This document shows positions 49,411 to 63,085 of a stretch of 64,000 nt of DNA, one piece after another. Positions within the stretch are counted from its first letter, which is position 1. Every line of letters starts with the position of its first letter. The notes under the pieces were generated by a model. The model searched no databases. It saw only the letters and a program-made list of their open reading frames with translations, and was not told where the DNA came from. The translations under genes and the position numbers were made by a program. Source of the stretch: Scyliorhinus canicula. Lineage: Eukaryota. Location of the stretch: contig NW_024055744.1 in assembly GCF_902713615.1 (NCBI RefSeq), forward strand, positions 679,881 to 743,880, given 5' to 3'.

Positions 49411-50164
49411 GGTGGACCTCAAGACTGGCCAATCCACCTACCCGCACATCTTTGGGTTGTGGGGTGGGACCCACGGAGACACGGGGAGAATGTGCAAACT
49501 CCACACGGCAGTGACCCGGGGCCGGGATCGAACCTGGGTCCTCAGCACCGTGAGGCAGCAGTGCTAATCACTGCCACTGTGCCACCCTTTGTCATGATGT
49601 CTCCATTCCTATTTTATCGCACACCTCCCAGTGACACTCATTGTAACCCAGAAACTTCAAAATATCATTGCTACCTTGCATTTATTTTGCCCTCCTATTA
49701 TTGTCTCATGATAACAGTAACAGAGTAACGTACACCAGAATTGGAATAACAGGCAGGTTATTGTCTAATCGTGACAGAGATATGGGGCTGGCTCGGTAGT
49801 TAGCACTGTTGCCTCAAGCACCAGGTACCTTGGTTCGATTCCGACCTTGGGTCACTGTCTGTCTGGAGTTTGCACATTCTTCCCGTGGTTGCAAAGATTT
49901 CCTCCCACAATCCAAAGATGTGCAGATTAGGTGGATTGGCCATGATAAATTGTCTCTGGGTGGGGTGACGGGTTTATGGTGGGGGATGGGCCACGGTAGG
50001 ATGATCGTTCAGAGGTCGGTGTAGATTTACTGGGCCGAATGGCCTCCTTCAGCACTGTAGGGATTCTATGATTCTACATTGGATCCAATGATGCGTTCAC
50101 TGACACACTGCAGCCTCACTCTTATTGGAACAGACATTGTGTTTGTTACCCTCAAAGTGAGTGA

Positions 50165-53100
50165 ATCCCCCCCCGGGTTGCTGCTGCTACCGGACTTATT
50201 CCTACCGTTCTACCAGGAAATCCAGGAATGGTTGCCACCTCCTGAAGAACCCCTGCACTGATCCCCTTAGGGCAAATTTCACCCCTTCCAATTTAATAAA
50301 CCCCGCCATACCGTTGATCCAGGCCTCCACGCTTGGGGGTCTCGCATCCTTCCACTGAAGAAGAATCCTCCGCTGGGCTACTAGGGACGAAAAGGCCAGA
50401 ATGCCGGCCTCTTTCGCCTCCTGCACTCCCGGCTCCTCTGCAACCCCAAATATTGCGAGCCCCCAGCCGGGTTTGACCCTGGATCCAACTACCCTTGACA
50501 CTGTCCTTGCTACGCCCTTCCAAAATTCCCCCAGCGCTGGGCAAGCCCACAACATATGGGCATGGTTTGCTGGGCTCCCTGAGCACATAATACACCTGTC
50601 CTCGCTCCCAAAGAACCGGCTCATCCTTGTCCCGGTCATGTGAGCCCTATGCAGCACCTTAAACTGTATGAGGCTAAGCCTCGCACAAGAAGAGGAGGAG
50701 TTCACCCTTCCTAGGGTGTCCGCCCACGTCCCCTCCTCAATCTCCTCACCCAGCTCCTCCTCCCATTTACCCTTCAGCTCCTCCACCGAGGCCTCGTCTA
50801 CCTCCTGCATCACTTGGTACACTTCCGAGATCCTCCCCTCCCCAACCCACACCCCCGAGAGCACCGTGTCCTGGACCCCACGCGGCGGCAACAGAGGGAA
50901 CCCCGCCACCTGCCGCCTGACAAACGCCCTCACCTGCATGTACCTAAAGGAGTTCCCGGGGGGAGCCCAAACTTCCCTTCTAGCTCACCCAGGCTCGCAA
51001 ACTTCCCGTCTACAAACAGGTCCCTCAACCTCCTCAGACCCGCCCTGTGCCAACTCAGGAACCCGCCATCAATTCTCCCCGGTACAAACCGGTGGTTCCC
51101 CTGTACCGGGGACCCCATCGAGGCTCCCACCTCCCCCTGTGCCGTCTCCATTGCCCCCAAAGTGTGAGGGTAGCCGCCATCACCGGGCTCGTGGTATACC
51201 TCGTTGGAGGGAGCGGCAGCTGCGCCGTTACCAGCGCCTCCAGGCTCGTGCCCACACAGGACGCCATCTCCATCCTCTTCCACGCTGCCCCTTCCTCGTC
51301 CATTACCCACTTACACACCATCGCTGCATTGGCAGCCCAATAATACCCACAGAGGTTGGGCAGCGCCAGCCCCCCCCTATCCCTGACCCGCTCCAAGAAC
51401 ACCCTCCTCATCCTCGGGGTCCCGTGTGCCCACACAAACCCCGTAATGCTCCTGTTAACCCGCCTGAAGAAGGCCTTCGGGATAAGGATGGGGAGGCACT
51501 AGAACAGGAACAGAAACCTTGGGAGCACCGTCATCTTGACTGATTGCACCCTACCTGCCAGAGACAGCGGCAACATGTCCCATCTCTTGAACTCCTCCTC
51601 CATCTGCTCCACCAGCCTTGTGAGGTTAAGCTTATGCAAGGCCCCTCCAGCTCCTGGCCACCTGGACCCCCAAGTACCTGAAGCTCCTCTCCACCCTTTT
51701 TAGTGGGAGCCTACCAATCCCCCCTCCTGGTCCCCCGGGTGTACCACAAACAGCTCGCTCTTCCCAAAGTTGAGCTTGTACCCCGAGAAATCCCCAAATT
51801 CTCGGAGAATCCTCATCACCTCCGGCATTCCCCCCACCGGGTCCACATACAGCAAAAGGTCATCTGCATAGAGCGACACTCGGTGCTCCTCCCCACCCTG
51901 CACTAACCCCCTCCAGTTCCTCAACTCCATCAGCGCCATGGCCAAGGGTTCAATTGCCAGCGCAAAAAGCAGGGGGGACAAGGGACATCCCTGCCTAGTC
52001 CCTCGGTATAACCGAAAATACTCCAACCTCCTCCTATTCGTGGCCACGCTCGCCATCAGGGCCTCGTATATCAGCCTCACCCATCTGACAAACCCCTCCC
52101 CAAACCCGAACCTTTCAGCACCTCCCACAAGTACACCCACTCAACCCTATCAAAGGCCTTCTCCACGTCCAACGCCACCACTATCTCCGCCTCCCCTTCC
52201 ACCGCCGGCATCATTATAATATTCAAGAGCCTCCGTATGTTAGTGTTCAGCTGCCTCCCCTTCACGAACCCCGTTTGATCCTCGTGGATAACCTGGGGCA
52301 CACAGTCCTTTATCCTCGTGGCCAAAATATTCGCCAACAGCTTGGCGTCCACATTTAAGAGTGAGATCGGCCTGTATGACCTACACTGCAGGGGATCCTT
52401 GTCCCGCTTGAGGATCAAGGAAATCAGCGCCCGAGACATCGTCGGAGGCAGAGCCCCCCCCCCCCTCCCCTGCCTCGTTGAAGGTCCGAACCAACAGGGA
52501 GCCCAACAGGTCTGCATAATTCTTGTAGAATTCGACCGGGAACCCATCCGGCCCCGGCGCCTTCCCCGACTGCATGCTCCCTATCTCTTTGACCAGCTCA
52601 ACCAGCGCCCCCAGCCCCTCCACCCGTCCCTCCTCCACCCTCGGGAATTTCAGCCGGCCCAAAAAGCGCCCCATTATCCCCTCCTCCACTGGGGGTTCGG
52701 ACCGATACAGTTCCTCATAAAAGTCCCTGAAGACCCCAATAATGTCTTCCCCCCTGCGCACCACATTTCCTCCCCTATCCTTAACTCCACCAATCTCCCT
52801 GGCCGCATCCCGCTTACGGAGCTGGTGCGCCAGCATCCTGCTCGCCTTCTCCCCATATTCATACACCGCACCCTGTGCCTTCCTCCACTGAGCTTCCGCC
52901 TTTCTGGTAGTTAGCAAGTCGAACTCAGCCTGGAGACTACGCTGCTCCCTCAGCAATCCCTCCTCCGGAGCCTCCGTATATCTCCTGTCCACCCTCACCA
53001 TCTCTCCCACCAGTCTCTCCCTCTCTCTCTGCTCACTCCTGTTCCTGTGGGCCCGAATGGAGATCAGCTCCCCCCTAACCACCGCCTTCAGCGCCTCCCA

Positions 53101-55956
53101 GACCGTCCCCACTCGGACCTCCCCATTGTCATTGGCCTCCAGGTACGTCTCGCTACATCGTCGAACCCGCCCGCCCACCTCCTCGTCCGCCAGCAGCCCC
53201 ACCTCCAAGCGCCAAAGCGGGCACTGGTCTCTCTCCTCCCCCAGCTCAAGGTCCACCCAGTGCGGGGCGTAGTCAGAAATGGCTATCGCCGAATATTCCG
53301 CATCTTCCACCCTCGCAATCAGCGCCCTACTCAGAACGAAAAAATCAATCCGGGTGTAAGCCTTATGCACAGGGGAGAAATATGAAAATTCCCTGGCCCT
53401 CGGCCTCGGAAACTTCCATGAATCCACCCCTCCCACCTGGTCCATAAACCCCCTCAACACCTTAGCCGCCGCTGGCTTCCTACCCGTCCTGTACCTGGAT
53501 CGATCCAGTGGCGGATGCAGCACCGTGTTGAAATCCCCCCCCCCCCCATTATCAGGCCCCCCACCTCCATATCTGGAATCCGGCCCAACATGCGCCGCAT
53601 GAAACCCGCATCGTCCCAATTCGGGGCGTATACATTGACCAGCACCACCCGCTCCCCCTGCAGCTTGCCACTCACCATCACATACCTCCCGCCACTGTCT
53701 GCCATCACATTTGACGCCTCGAACGACACCCTCTTCCCCACCAGGATCGCCACCCACTGATTTTTTCCATCCAGCCCCGAATGAAACACCTGGCCTACCC
53801 ACCCCTTCCTCAATCGAACCTGATCCGCCACCTTCAGGTGCGTCTCCTGAAGCATGGCCACATCCGCCTTCAGCCCCTTCAGGTGCACAAACACGCGGGC
53901 CCATTTAACCGGCCCATTCAGTCCCCTCACATTCCAGGTGATCAGCCGGATCAGGGGACCACCTGCTCCCCTCCCCCGTCGACTAGCCATTACCCTTCCT
54001 CAGTCCGCCACGTGCCCGCGCCCCCAGCTGAGCCCGTTCCCCACGGTGACAGACCCCCATCCCGACCCCCTCTACATGCTCCAGCTCCTTCTCGGCCATT
54101 CCAGCAGCAACCCAGTACCCCCCCTCCCCCCACCCACTCTCCCCCCCCCCCCCTCCAAAGCCTCCCCACCCCCAAGCAAGGGCCCCCCATAGCTGCGTAA
54201 CCCCTTCCATTGTACTTCCGTAAGTCAGCCGACAGCTGCTGACCCCGGCTGCTCCCGCCACCCCAATGACCCTCCCCAGTGCAACACACCCACTGCGCCC
54301 CCCCCCCCCCCCACCCCCAGTGCCGGCCCCACCCACTGCTCCTCCAGTGCGGGAGAGAAGCCTGTGCTTCCATCCCGAGACCCGCCCCTCCGACACAACA
54401 CGCGGGAAAAGACGGGCACATGACCCAACAGGACCGCGGACCCCACCCAAACTCTCAACCAGTGAAAAACAAAAACAGACGTGACAAAACGCCCAAGTAA
54501 ACAGATAACAGTCCCAAAAAAGCGAAAAAGCAGAACAGCAAAAAGCCATCATCAAATAGAACAGATAAAAGCGAAAGGATACCAAGGAGGACAAAGCCTC
54601 CGGGCCGTGTACACCGTTCCCCAGTCCTCAGTTCAAGTCCAGCTTCTCTGCCTGGACGAAAGCCCAGGCCTCCACTGGAGAGTCAAAGTAGAGCTGGCGG
54701 TCTTTATAAGTGACCCACAGGCGTGCCGGCTGTAACAGGCCAAACTTGACCCCCTTCTTGTGGACCACTGCCTTCGTCCGATTAAAACCAGCCCTTCTCT
54801 TTGCCACCTCCGCACTCCAGTCCTGGTAGATCCTGATCACCGCATTCTCCCACTTACTACTCCTCTCCTTCGCCCACCTCAGCACACACTCGCGGTCGAC
54901 GAAGCGGTGAAAACGGACCAGCACCGCCCGAGGCGACTCATTTGGCCTGGGTTTCCTCAGCAGCACCCGATGGGCATCCTCCAGCTCGAAGGGTCCCTGG
55001 AACGACCTCGCACCCATTAGCGTGTTCAGCATCATAGCCACATAGGCCCCCAGATCCGAACCTTCCAGCCCCTCTGGGAGGCCCAGAATCCGCAGGTTCT
55101 TCCGACGGGCCCGGTTCTCCATCTCCTCCAGCCTCGCTGGCCACTTCTTATGGAGCGCCTCGTGCGACCCCACCTTCACTGCCAGGCCCAGAAGTTCATC
55201 CTCGCTCTCCGAGGCCTCTTGCCGAAGCTCTCGGATTTCCGCACCCTGAGCCGTCTGGGTCGCCATGAGCTTGTCCAGGGAGGACTTAAGCGGTTCATAG
55301 ATCATCGAATTTACAGTGCGGAAGGAGGCCATTCGGCCCATCGAGTCTGCACCGGCTCTTGGAAAGAGCACCGTACCCAAGGTTAACACCTCCACCCTGT
55401 CCCCATAAGCCAGTAACCCCACACAACACTAAGGGCAATTTATCATGGCCAATCCACCTAACCTGCACATCTTTGGACTGTGGGAGGAAACCGGAGCACC
55501 CGGAGGAAACCCACGCAGACACGGGGAGGATGTGCAGACTCCACACAGACAGTGACCCAAGCCGGAATCGAATCTGGGACCCTGGAGCTGTGAAGCAATT
55601 GTGCTATCCACAATGCTGCCGTGCTGGTTCCAGAATCTCTGCCTTCAGCTCGTTAAAGCAGCGCTGAAGCAGCTCCTGCTGCTCCCGCGCTCCACTGCTG
55701 CCACGCTGCTGATTCCCCGCCCGCCGCCATCTTGCCTCTCCTGCCTCGCACCTTTCTCTGCTCCAAAACCGATTTTTTGATCGCTCTGCTCCTGGTCCAG
55801 GCCATCCACCGGCGGAGAATCTTAGAGGAAGTGTTCCCACACGGGAAAAAGTCCAAATAGTACCGCTGCGGGCCCTTAAAAGTGTCCAAAAGACCGAGAA
55901 TAGCGGGAGCTACCGAACGTGCGGCTTTGCTCCACATCACCGCAACCGGAAGTCCC
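50165..55956 (-). mobile_element. L1-clade LINE #2, near full length, frameshifted
   Basis: 5' end GGGACTTCCGGTTGCGG at ~55956. ORF1 runs 54628-55730 and is interrupted by a SINE. ORF2 runs 50202-53990 with APE (TWNVRGLN, LQETH, GGDFN, SDYAP), RT (TRQGCPLSP, YADD at 51859-51870) and a C-terminal CxxC..H..C. The 3' UTR is truncated at a G-run. Confidence 0.93.
55297..55625 (-). mobile_element. HE1-type SINE inserted in L1 #2 ORF1 with a 5-bp TSD
   Basis: GGTTC at 55292-55296 and 55626-55630. Removing the insert restores KAEILEPLKSSLDKL. Confidence 0.9.
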
Positions 55957-56699
55957 TCACATCAATTTCTGACACCACTGTTTGAGTTACCAGCACCTGG
56001 AGATTATCGACCTTTGTGTGTAAGCATTGAGTTCCAGATCATTATCACTCACTGTATAAAATGTCTATCCCCTATCTCCCCTGTAGATCTTGTTCACAAT
56101 CTTAAATCTGTGTCCCGTAATCCTTTTACAATCTACTGATGGGAACAGTTTTTAAAAATCTGTTGCTGGGTTTGCCGTTGTTGTTTCTGGTGCCTGGGTC
56201 GATGCCGGGTGGTCCGTCTGGTTTCATTCCTTTTTCATGTTTTTGTTGTGGTTGAATCAGCTTGGACCAGTCCATTTAGGGTCCAGAACACAATTGAAGT
56301 CTCCTCCAAGAACCAATTGATCTGTATCCAGGTCTGGGATGGAGTCGAACAATCTTTTTACAAAGTTTCTATGAGATTCCCTCATTTAAAAAAAAGATAG
56401 AGAAGCAGAATTAGGCCATTCAACCCATCGAGTGTTTGAGTTTGCTCTGCCATTCGACCATGGCTGATATGTTTCTCATCCCCATTCACCTTGTATTGTA
56501 GCTCTCTTGAAATGAATGCGAACATTGCATTTGTCTTTCTAACTGTCAACTTTCCTTTATTTGTTCTTGGGATGTGGGTGTTACCTTGGCCCAATGTTAC
56601 TAATTGTAATTAGTTCGCAAAGCATAATTTATATCAAAAATATCCATTTCAGTGGCGGGTTTATTACCCAACATGCGTAGCAGCTGGGAATGTGCTCTA

Positions 56700-57030
56700 T
56701 CCACATGACAGAAGCTCCTCGCACATGTGCCGTTCGGGCTGTGCCTGGAACATGCGCCGTTGGGGCTGTGACTGGAGCATGCACCGTTCAGGTTGTCGCT
56801 GACGGTGCGAGGAGCGGGAAAGAAACAATCGATCGGCTTTCAGGATTGAGCCGGTGGGTGGCCGGGGAGCAATAGAAGCTGCGGAGTGAGCCGGGAGGCT
56901 TCATAAATACCCCATGGAGGCTTCAACTCCCGAGGAAAATATTAACGGCCCCGTCTAAAACAGCACCAAATAGAGTGAGAGCTGAGCGGTGACAGGCCCG
57001 GGTTACCGGCTGCCATCTTTACAGAGGACA
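56700..57030 (+). promoter_or_regulatory. Promoter / first exon candidate for ZNF-B
   Basis: Three ~29-bp repeats each carry a CATG(C/T)GC NRF1-like core at 56720-56800. YY1-like CTGCCATCTT lies at 57010-57019. Confidence 0.5.
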
Positions 57031-57222
57031 CTGCGCCGTGGGGAAGGGGCTGGTTTAGCACAGTGGGCTCAGACAGCTGGCTTGTAATGCAGAACAAGAC
57101 CAGCAGCGCGCATTCAATTCCCGTTCCAGCCTCCCCGAACAGGCACTAGAATGTGCCGACTAGGGGCTTTTCACAGTAACTTCATTGAAGCCTACTTCTG
57201 ACAATACGTGATTATTATTATT

Positions 57223-57808
57223 ATGCACTGCGAGCCTGGACCGGATGCCAACTCTCCCGGACTGACTGACTGGAGACTCCAGGATTTTATTTTATTCATT
57301 TGTGGGAGTCACTGACTGGGCCAACATTTATTGCCCATCCCTAATTTCCCTCAAACTAAGTGGCTGGCTCGGCCATCTCGGAGGGCATTTAAAGAGTCAA
57401 CCACATTGCTGTGGTTTGGAATCCTGTCGGCCAGACCAGGTAAGGACGGCAGATTTTTTTTGTTCATTCACGGGATGTGGGTGTCGCTGGCTGGGCCAGC
57501 ATTCACTGCCCAGCCCTTAATTGCCCTTGAACTGAGTGCATTTCAGGGCATTTTAAGGATCAACCAGCTGACTGGAATCACATGTGTAGGCCAGACCAGG
57601 TAAGGATAGAGAAGGACATGAGTAAATCAGATGGGTCTTTATAACAATCGACAATTGGCTGAGCAAGCCAGTCAGTTTAAGGGAAATTAGGGATGGGCAA
57701 TAAATGTTGGTCCAGCCAGTGACCCCCACATATCAATAAAATAAAACCCTGGAGTGTCCAGTCAGTCAATCCGGGAGAGTTGGCATCCGGTCCAGGCTCG
57801 CAGCGCAT
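57223..57808. repeat. 152-bp inverted repeat (57223-57374 / 57657-57808) with a 282-bp spacer
   Basis: The left arm ATGCACTGCGAGCCTGGACCGGATGCCAACTCTCCCGG... is the reverse complement of the right arm ...CCGGGAGAGTTGGCATCCGGTCCAGGCTCGCAGCGCAT, with scattered mismatches. Confidence 0.92.
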
Positions 57809-59544
57809 GCCATCACGGTCATCAGTAGACTTCCAATGAATTAAAATGTTACCTTCTGCCTTGGTGAGATTCATGCCGGGGTCTCTGGAAAATCATTACA
57901 ACAGTAAAAAAGATTTTGGGGTCTCTGAAAAAAATAGTTGGCCCCTCGAGTCTCCTCCTTACATACAAACTATGAGTCGGCCTCTCGAGCCTGCTCCTTA
58001 CACAATTCTACATTCCTGCTGGCCCCGATAACCTTTCACCCCCTTGCTTATCAATAATCTATCCACCTCTGCCTTAAAAATATTCAAAGACAGGGTAGCA
58101 CGGTGGTGCAGTGGTTAGCACGGCTGCCTCACGGCGCCGAAGTCCAAGGTTCGATCAAGGCTCTGGGTCTCTGTCTGTGTGGAGTTTGCACATTCTCCCC
58201 GTGTTTGCGTGGGTTTCGCCCTCACAACCCAAAGATGTGCAGGGTAGGTGGGTTGGTCACGCTAAATTGCCCCTTAATTGGAAAAAATGAATTGGGCACT
58301 CTAAATTTATTTTTAAAAGAATATTCAGTCTCTGCTTCCACTGCATTTTAAGGGCGGAAGTTCCAAAATCAGAGAATCTCTGCAAAAGGAGCCCATTCAG
58401 CCCATCAAGTCTGCAACAACCCTCCAAAGAGCACCCCGGCCCACACCATCCCACCCACTCCGTTCTCATAACCCCACCCAACCTGCACATCCTTGGAGAC
58501 AAAGAGGCAATTTAGCATGGCCAATCCACTGAGTTTGCACATCTTTGAACTGTGTGAGGAATCCGGAGCACCCGGAGGAAACCCACACAGACACAGGGAG
58601 AACGTGCAAACTCCACACAGTCACCCAGGGTCAGAATTGAACCTGGGTCCCTGGTGCTGCGAAGAGAACAGTGCTAACCACTATGCCACCCCCTGTCTTG
58701 CAACCCTCAAGAGAAAAATAATCCTTATCTCCATCTGAAATGGGTGACCCCTTATTTTGCAACAGTGACCCCCATGTTCCAGATTCTCTCACAAGAGGAA
58801 ACATCCTCTCCACATCCACCCTGTCAAGACCCCTCAGCATCTTTGGATTTGTGGGGGTGAGACCCACGCAAACACAGGGAGAATGTGCAAACTCCACACA
58901 GACAAGTGACCCGGGGCCGGGGTGGAACCCGGGTCCTCGGCGACATGAGGCAGCAGTGCTAACCACTGCGCTGCCCACTTTTTATCAGTTTCTATGAGAT
59001 CCCCCCCCTCATTCTTCTGAACTCCAGCGAATACAATCCTAACCAATGCAACCTAATCTGCACATCTTTGAACTGTGGGAGGAAATCAGAGCACCCGGAG
59101 GAAACCCACACAGACACAGGGAGAAAGTGCAAACTCCACACAGTCAGGGTGAGAATTGAACCCGGGTCCCTGGTGCTGTGAGGCAGCAGTGCTAAACACT
59201 GCCACCCCCTGTCTTGCAACCCTCAAGAAATGGGTGACCCATCACTTTCCAACAGTGACCCCCTTGTTCCAGATTCTCCCACAAGAGGAAACATCCTCTC
59301 CACATCCACCCTGTCAAGACCCCTCAGGATCTTCTATCGTTCAATCCAGGTTTTAGCCAAAATGTCAAGTCTGTGTCCCGACCGCTTGTACGATCAGTGA
59401 ATGGAAACAGTTTCTTTGTCCACCTGATGGAAATCTGGCATAATCCTGTGTCCCTGAATCAAATCTCCCCTCAACCTCCTTTGCTGGAACCATTCTGGTA
59501 AATCTCCTCTGCACCTTCTCAGGAACCTTCACATCCTTCCTGAA

Positions 59545-59867
59545 CATGAACACGCTCGAACATAGTCAAATCAGTTTCTTCCCCGCGTTACCAGACTCCT
59601 AAACGACCCTCTTATGAACTGTCCTGATTAACACTACACCCTTGCATGCTTCATCCGATGACGGTGTTGATGCACTTACATTGTGGACCTTGTGTTGCCC
59701 TATTATGTATTTTATTTTCACGTGCTTAATGATCTGTAGAGCTGCTTGCAGAAAAATACTTTTCACTGGTTTCACAGGACGGTGCAACATCGTGGGCCGA
59801 AGGGCCTGTACTGCGCTGTTATGTTCTATGTTCTTGGTACACGTTACAATATACAAATCCAATCCAA
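59545..59867 (+). mobile_element. 323-bp retroposon 3' fragment (Rex1/Babar-like) with a 4-bp TSD TGAA
   Basis: It is absent from the paralogous site (~36895, CCACTCTTCAGGAAGG). TGAA lies at 59541-59544 and 59868-59871. The family name is tentative. Confidence 0.65.
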
Positions 59868-60652
59868 TGAAGAGTGGTGACCAGAGCTTTATAAAGATTC
59901 ATAGAATAGAATTAGAACCATAGAATTCCTACAGTGCAGAAGGAAGCCATTCGGCCCATCGAGTCTGCACTGATCCTCTGAAAGGGCACCCTGTCGAGGC
60001 CCAGAGCTCTACCCTCTCCCTGTAACCCCTTAACACCTGCACATCCCTGGACACTAAGGGGCAATTTATCAAGGCCAATCCACCTAACATTCCCTTCTTT
60101 AGACTGTGGGAGGAAACCTGAGCACCAGGTGGAAACCCACGCAGACACGGGAGAAAGTGCAAACTCCACACAGACAGTCACCAAGGCCGGAATTGAACCT
60201 GTGTCCCTGGCACTGTGAGGTAGCAGTGCTAATCACTGTGCCACCAGAAGCCTCGCTTCCCTGTTTCGGTGTCAATATTACTATTTATGAAGCTCAAGAT
60301 TGAATTTGTTTTGCCAGCTACTCTTAATATGACCTGTAGATGTACAGAATTCCTTTTCACCTCTTTCTCTCTCCTCCCAAAGACGTCAATTGGGTTTTGT
60401 AACAATCCAGCCGTTTTCATGGTCACTTTTCCCAGAGCCGGCCCCACAAATGACCAGATTCATTCAGCTCAATTTCACAACCTGCCTTTGTGTTTTGTGG
60501 GTTCTCTCTCACGCCCTATTTTCTGTTTTAAATCAGTTTCACAGGGTGTTCGAAGGGGAGGCTTCAAAATCCAGAAACTCAAACCAAACATCACATCAGG
60601 ATCTGACAGAGTCCTCAGTTTATCATATCCTGAATATCATGGGATTTTGAAC

Positions 60653-61774
60653 ATGGAAGGAAAAAGCATCGTTCACAGTGGGGAGAAACCGTACACGTGT
60701 TGTGTGTGTGGACGAGGATTCGCTCGATCATCAGGCCTCACAAGCCACAAATGCAGTCACACCGAGGAGAAACCGTGGAAATGTGCGGACTGTGGGAAAG
60801 GATTCCCTTCCCCATCCAAACTGGAAATTCATCGACGCAGTCACACTGGGGAGAGGCCATTCACCTGCTCCAAGTGTGGGAAGGGATTCACTGAGTCATC
60901 CGCCCTGCGGAAACACCAACCTGCTCACACTGGAGAGAGACCATTCACCTGCTCCAAGTGTGGGAAGGGATTCACTCAGTTATCCAACCTGCGGAATCAT
61001 CAACGCGTTCACACTGGAGAGAGACCGTTCACCTGCTCCAAGTGTGGGAAGGGATTCACTATGTCATCCAACCTGCGGAATCATCAACGAGTTCACACTG
61101 GAGAGAGACCGTTCACCTGCTCCAAGTGTGGGAAGGGATTTCGATTTTCAGCCAACCTGCAGAGACACCAACGAGTTCACATTGGGAAGAGGCCATTGAG
61201 CTGCTCCAAGTGTGGGAAGGGATTCAGTGATTCATCCACCCTGCAGAAACATCAGCGAGTTCACACTGGAGAGAGACCATTCACCTGCTCCAAATGTGGG
61301 AAGGGATTCAGTCAGTCATCCAACCTGCTGATTCACCAGCGAGTTCACACTGATGAGAGACCATTTCAATGTCCAGATTGCAGGAAGTGCTATAAAGGCT
61401 CTGGGGAATTGATGCGCCATCAACGTGTTCACACTGACGAGAGACCGTTTAGGTGCTCTGACTGTGGGACTGGGTTCAGACAATCATCTCAGCTCACTGA
61501 ACATCAGCGAATTCACACTGGGGAGAGGCTATTCGTCTGTGCCAAGTGTGGGAAGGGATTCACTCAGTCATCCAACCTGCAGAAGCACCAGCGAATTCAC
61601 ACTGGGGTGAGGCCATTTGCCTGCACCCAGTGTGGGAAGAGATTCACTCAGTCATCTGCCCTGCTGAGTCACCAGCGAATACACACTGGGGAGAGACCAT
61701 TCACCTGCTCCAAATGTGGGAAGGGATTCGCTCAGTCATCCAACATGCTGACACACCAACGAGGCCATAAGTAA
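60653..61774 (+). CDS. C2H2 zinc-finger protein B, 373 aa, 13 fingers
   Basis: ATG at 60653 (MEGKSIVH), then 13 fingers to HQRGHK*. Acceptor TTTCACAG|GGTGTT with exon start at 60545. AATAAA at ~61895. Confidence 0.9.
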   Translation: MEGKSIVHSGEKPYTCCVCGRGFARSSGLTSHKCSHTEEKPWKCADCGKGFPSPSKLEIHRRSHTGERPFTCSKCGKGFTESSALRKHQPAHTGERPFTCSKCGKGFTQLSNLRNHQRVHTGERPFTCSKCGKGFTMSSNLRNHQRVHTGERPFTCSKCGKGFRFSANLQRHQRVHIGKRPLSCSKCGKGFSDSSTLQKHQRVHTGERPFTCSKCGKGFSQSSNLLIHQRVHTDERPFQCPDCRKCYKGSGELMRHQRVHTDERPFRCSDCGTGFRQSSQLTEHQRIHTGERLFVCAKCGKGFTQSSNLQKHQRIHTGVRPFACTQCGKRFTQSSALLSHQRIHTGERPFTCSKCGKGFAQSSNMLTHQRGHK

Positions 61775-62059
61775 CTACAGTGTTTGGATTTTGCTCTTCC
61801 TCACATTCAGGCCTGAACCATGTTCATTTGGGTCTCTTTCTGCTGATAACAAACTCCAACCCATGTACAGGGGCTAATATTCTGGCTAAAAGTCAAATAA
61901 ATTAGATTTGGGTGAAATACGCAGTGTGTTGAAACTTTTTAATATCTCTGACACAAGTTAGTTCCTTTTGAAGTTCTCTCACTCTCCCCTGTCTCTTCCA
62001 TTCTCACCTCCAACAAGAAGTGTGAGGAGTTTGTGGAGTTTCTTTGTGACTGAGATTGA

Positions 62060-63085
62060 GTCAATCCGATCAGCTGCCTCTGCTGCTTCCCTCCCTTCCA
62101 CATGCCCACTGGACCAAACTGTCTCTAAATTTCATCCTTTCCCGAGCCCTGAATCCACATCTTTCTCTAGTTTCTCTCCCATCTCCCCTCATGCCCTCTG
62201 AGCTCACTTTATCCATGAGACCCAGCTCCTGCTCCATCGACCCTATTCCCACTGAGCTACTGATCAGCCAACTATCCTGTGTCCATGGATATTGTCAACA
62301 TTTCTCTCTCTTCAGGTACTTTGTTATGGGCCAGAGTTTACCTGAGATCACCTGACCTATAACTGTTTATTGATTTTGGTTACAAGAGCTTGCCTCTCAG
62401 GTGTTATTCAACAGAGTCCTGAGGCGTTTTTAATCAAGAAAACATGCTTAATTCTAGGAATTTAGTTAACATTTGTATAAACACACACAGTAAGAATTAT
62501 TATCAACCTACAAACAAAGACCCCACACAGCTACAGTAATCTATGTATAACTCTTAATGAATTCCCCTTAACTGTTCCAATTCAATAACGTACAATCCCA
62601 TAAACCAAAAATCCCATTGTACAAAATCAGCAGGTAACTATAATCATTGGGTTTCTTCCTTGGAATAACTCTTTAAAATTGAAAATAGAGAGACAGGCCA
62701 AAATACTTCTCAGTCTGAGTCTACAGCAGCCAAATGTGAAAAGGAAAGTAAAAACTCAGAGACACAAACCAGCTCCAAAATCCAAAGCAAAAGTCAAACC
62801 CAGACCCACAGCCTAGCTCCACCCATACAATGACATCACTGAAGCCATGTAATAAGACAAAAACATTTCTTAAAGGGACACTCACATGAGAACTGTCCCT
62901 CTGTCCTTCAAATCTGCCATCATCACCCCCTCCTCAATAAAACAAACCCTTGACCCTGCCATCCTTACAAATTATGGCCCACCCTCACCTCTCCAAACAC
63001 TTTGAACATATTGTCACCTCCCAAATCCTTGCCCATCTTTCCCAGAACTCCCATGTTTGAATCTTTTCAATCGGGTCTCTGCCCT
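62060..63085 (+). mobile_element. L2-type LINE RT fragment split by a solo LTR
   Basis: SSFSPISPHAL..LSMRPSSCSIDPIPT before the LTR; FKSAIITP...FESFQSG after it. Confidence 0.7.
62322..62891. mobile_element. Solo LTR (~570 bp)
   Basis: Ends TGTTATGGG...CACATGAGA (degenerate TG..CA). Flanks ACTT/ACTG suggest a 4-bp TSD, and removing the insert restores the L2 sequence GGTACTGTCCC. Confidence 0.55.

Noticed and set aside
60269-60652. 128-aa N-terminal extension of ZNF-B (and 55 aa for ZNF-A)
   Set aside because: It crosses a clear splice acceptor, and the frame is not conserved between the paralogues.
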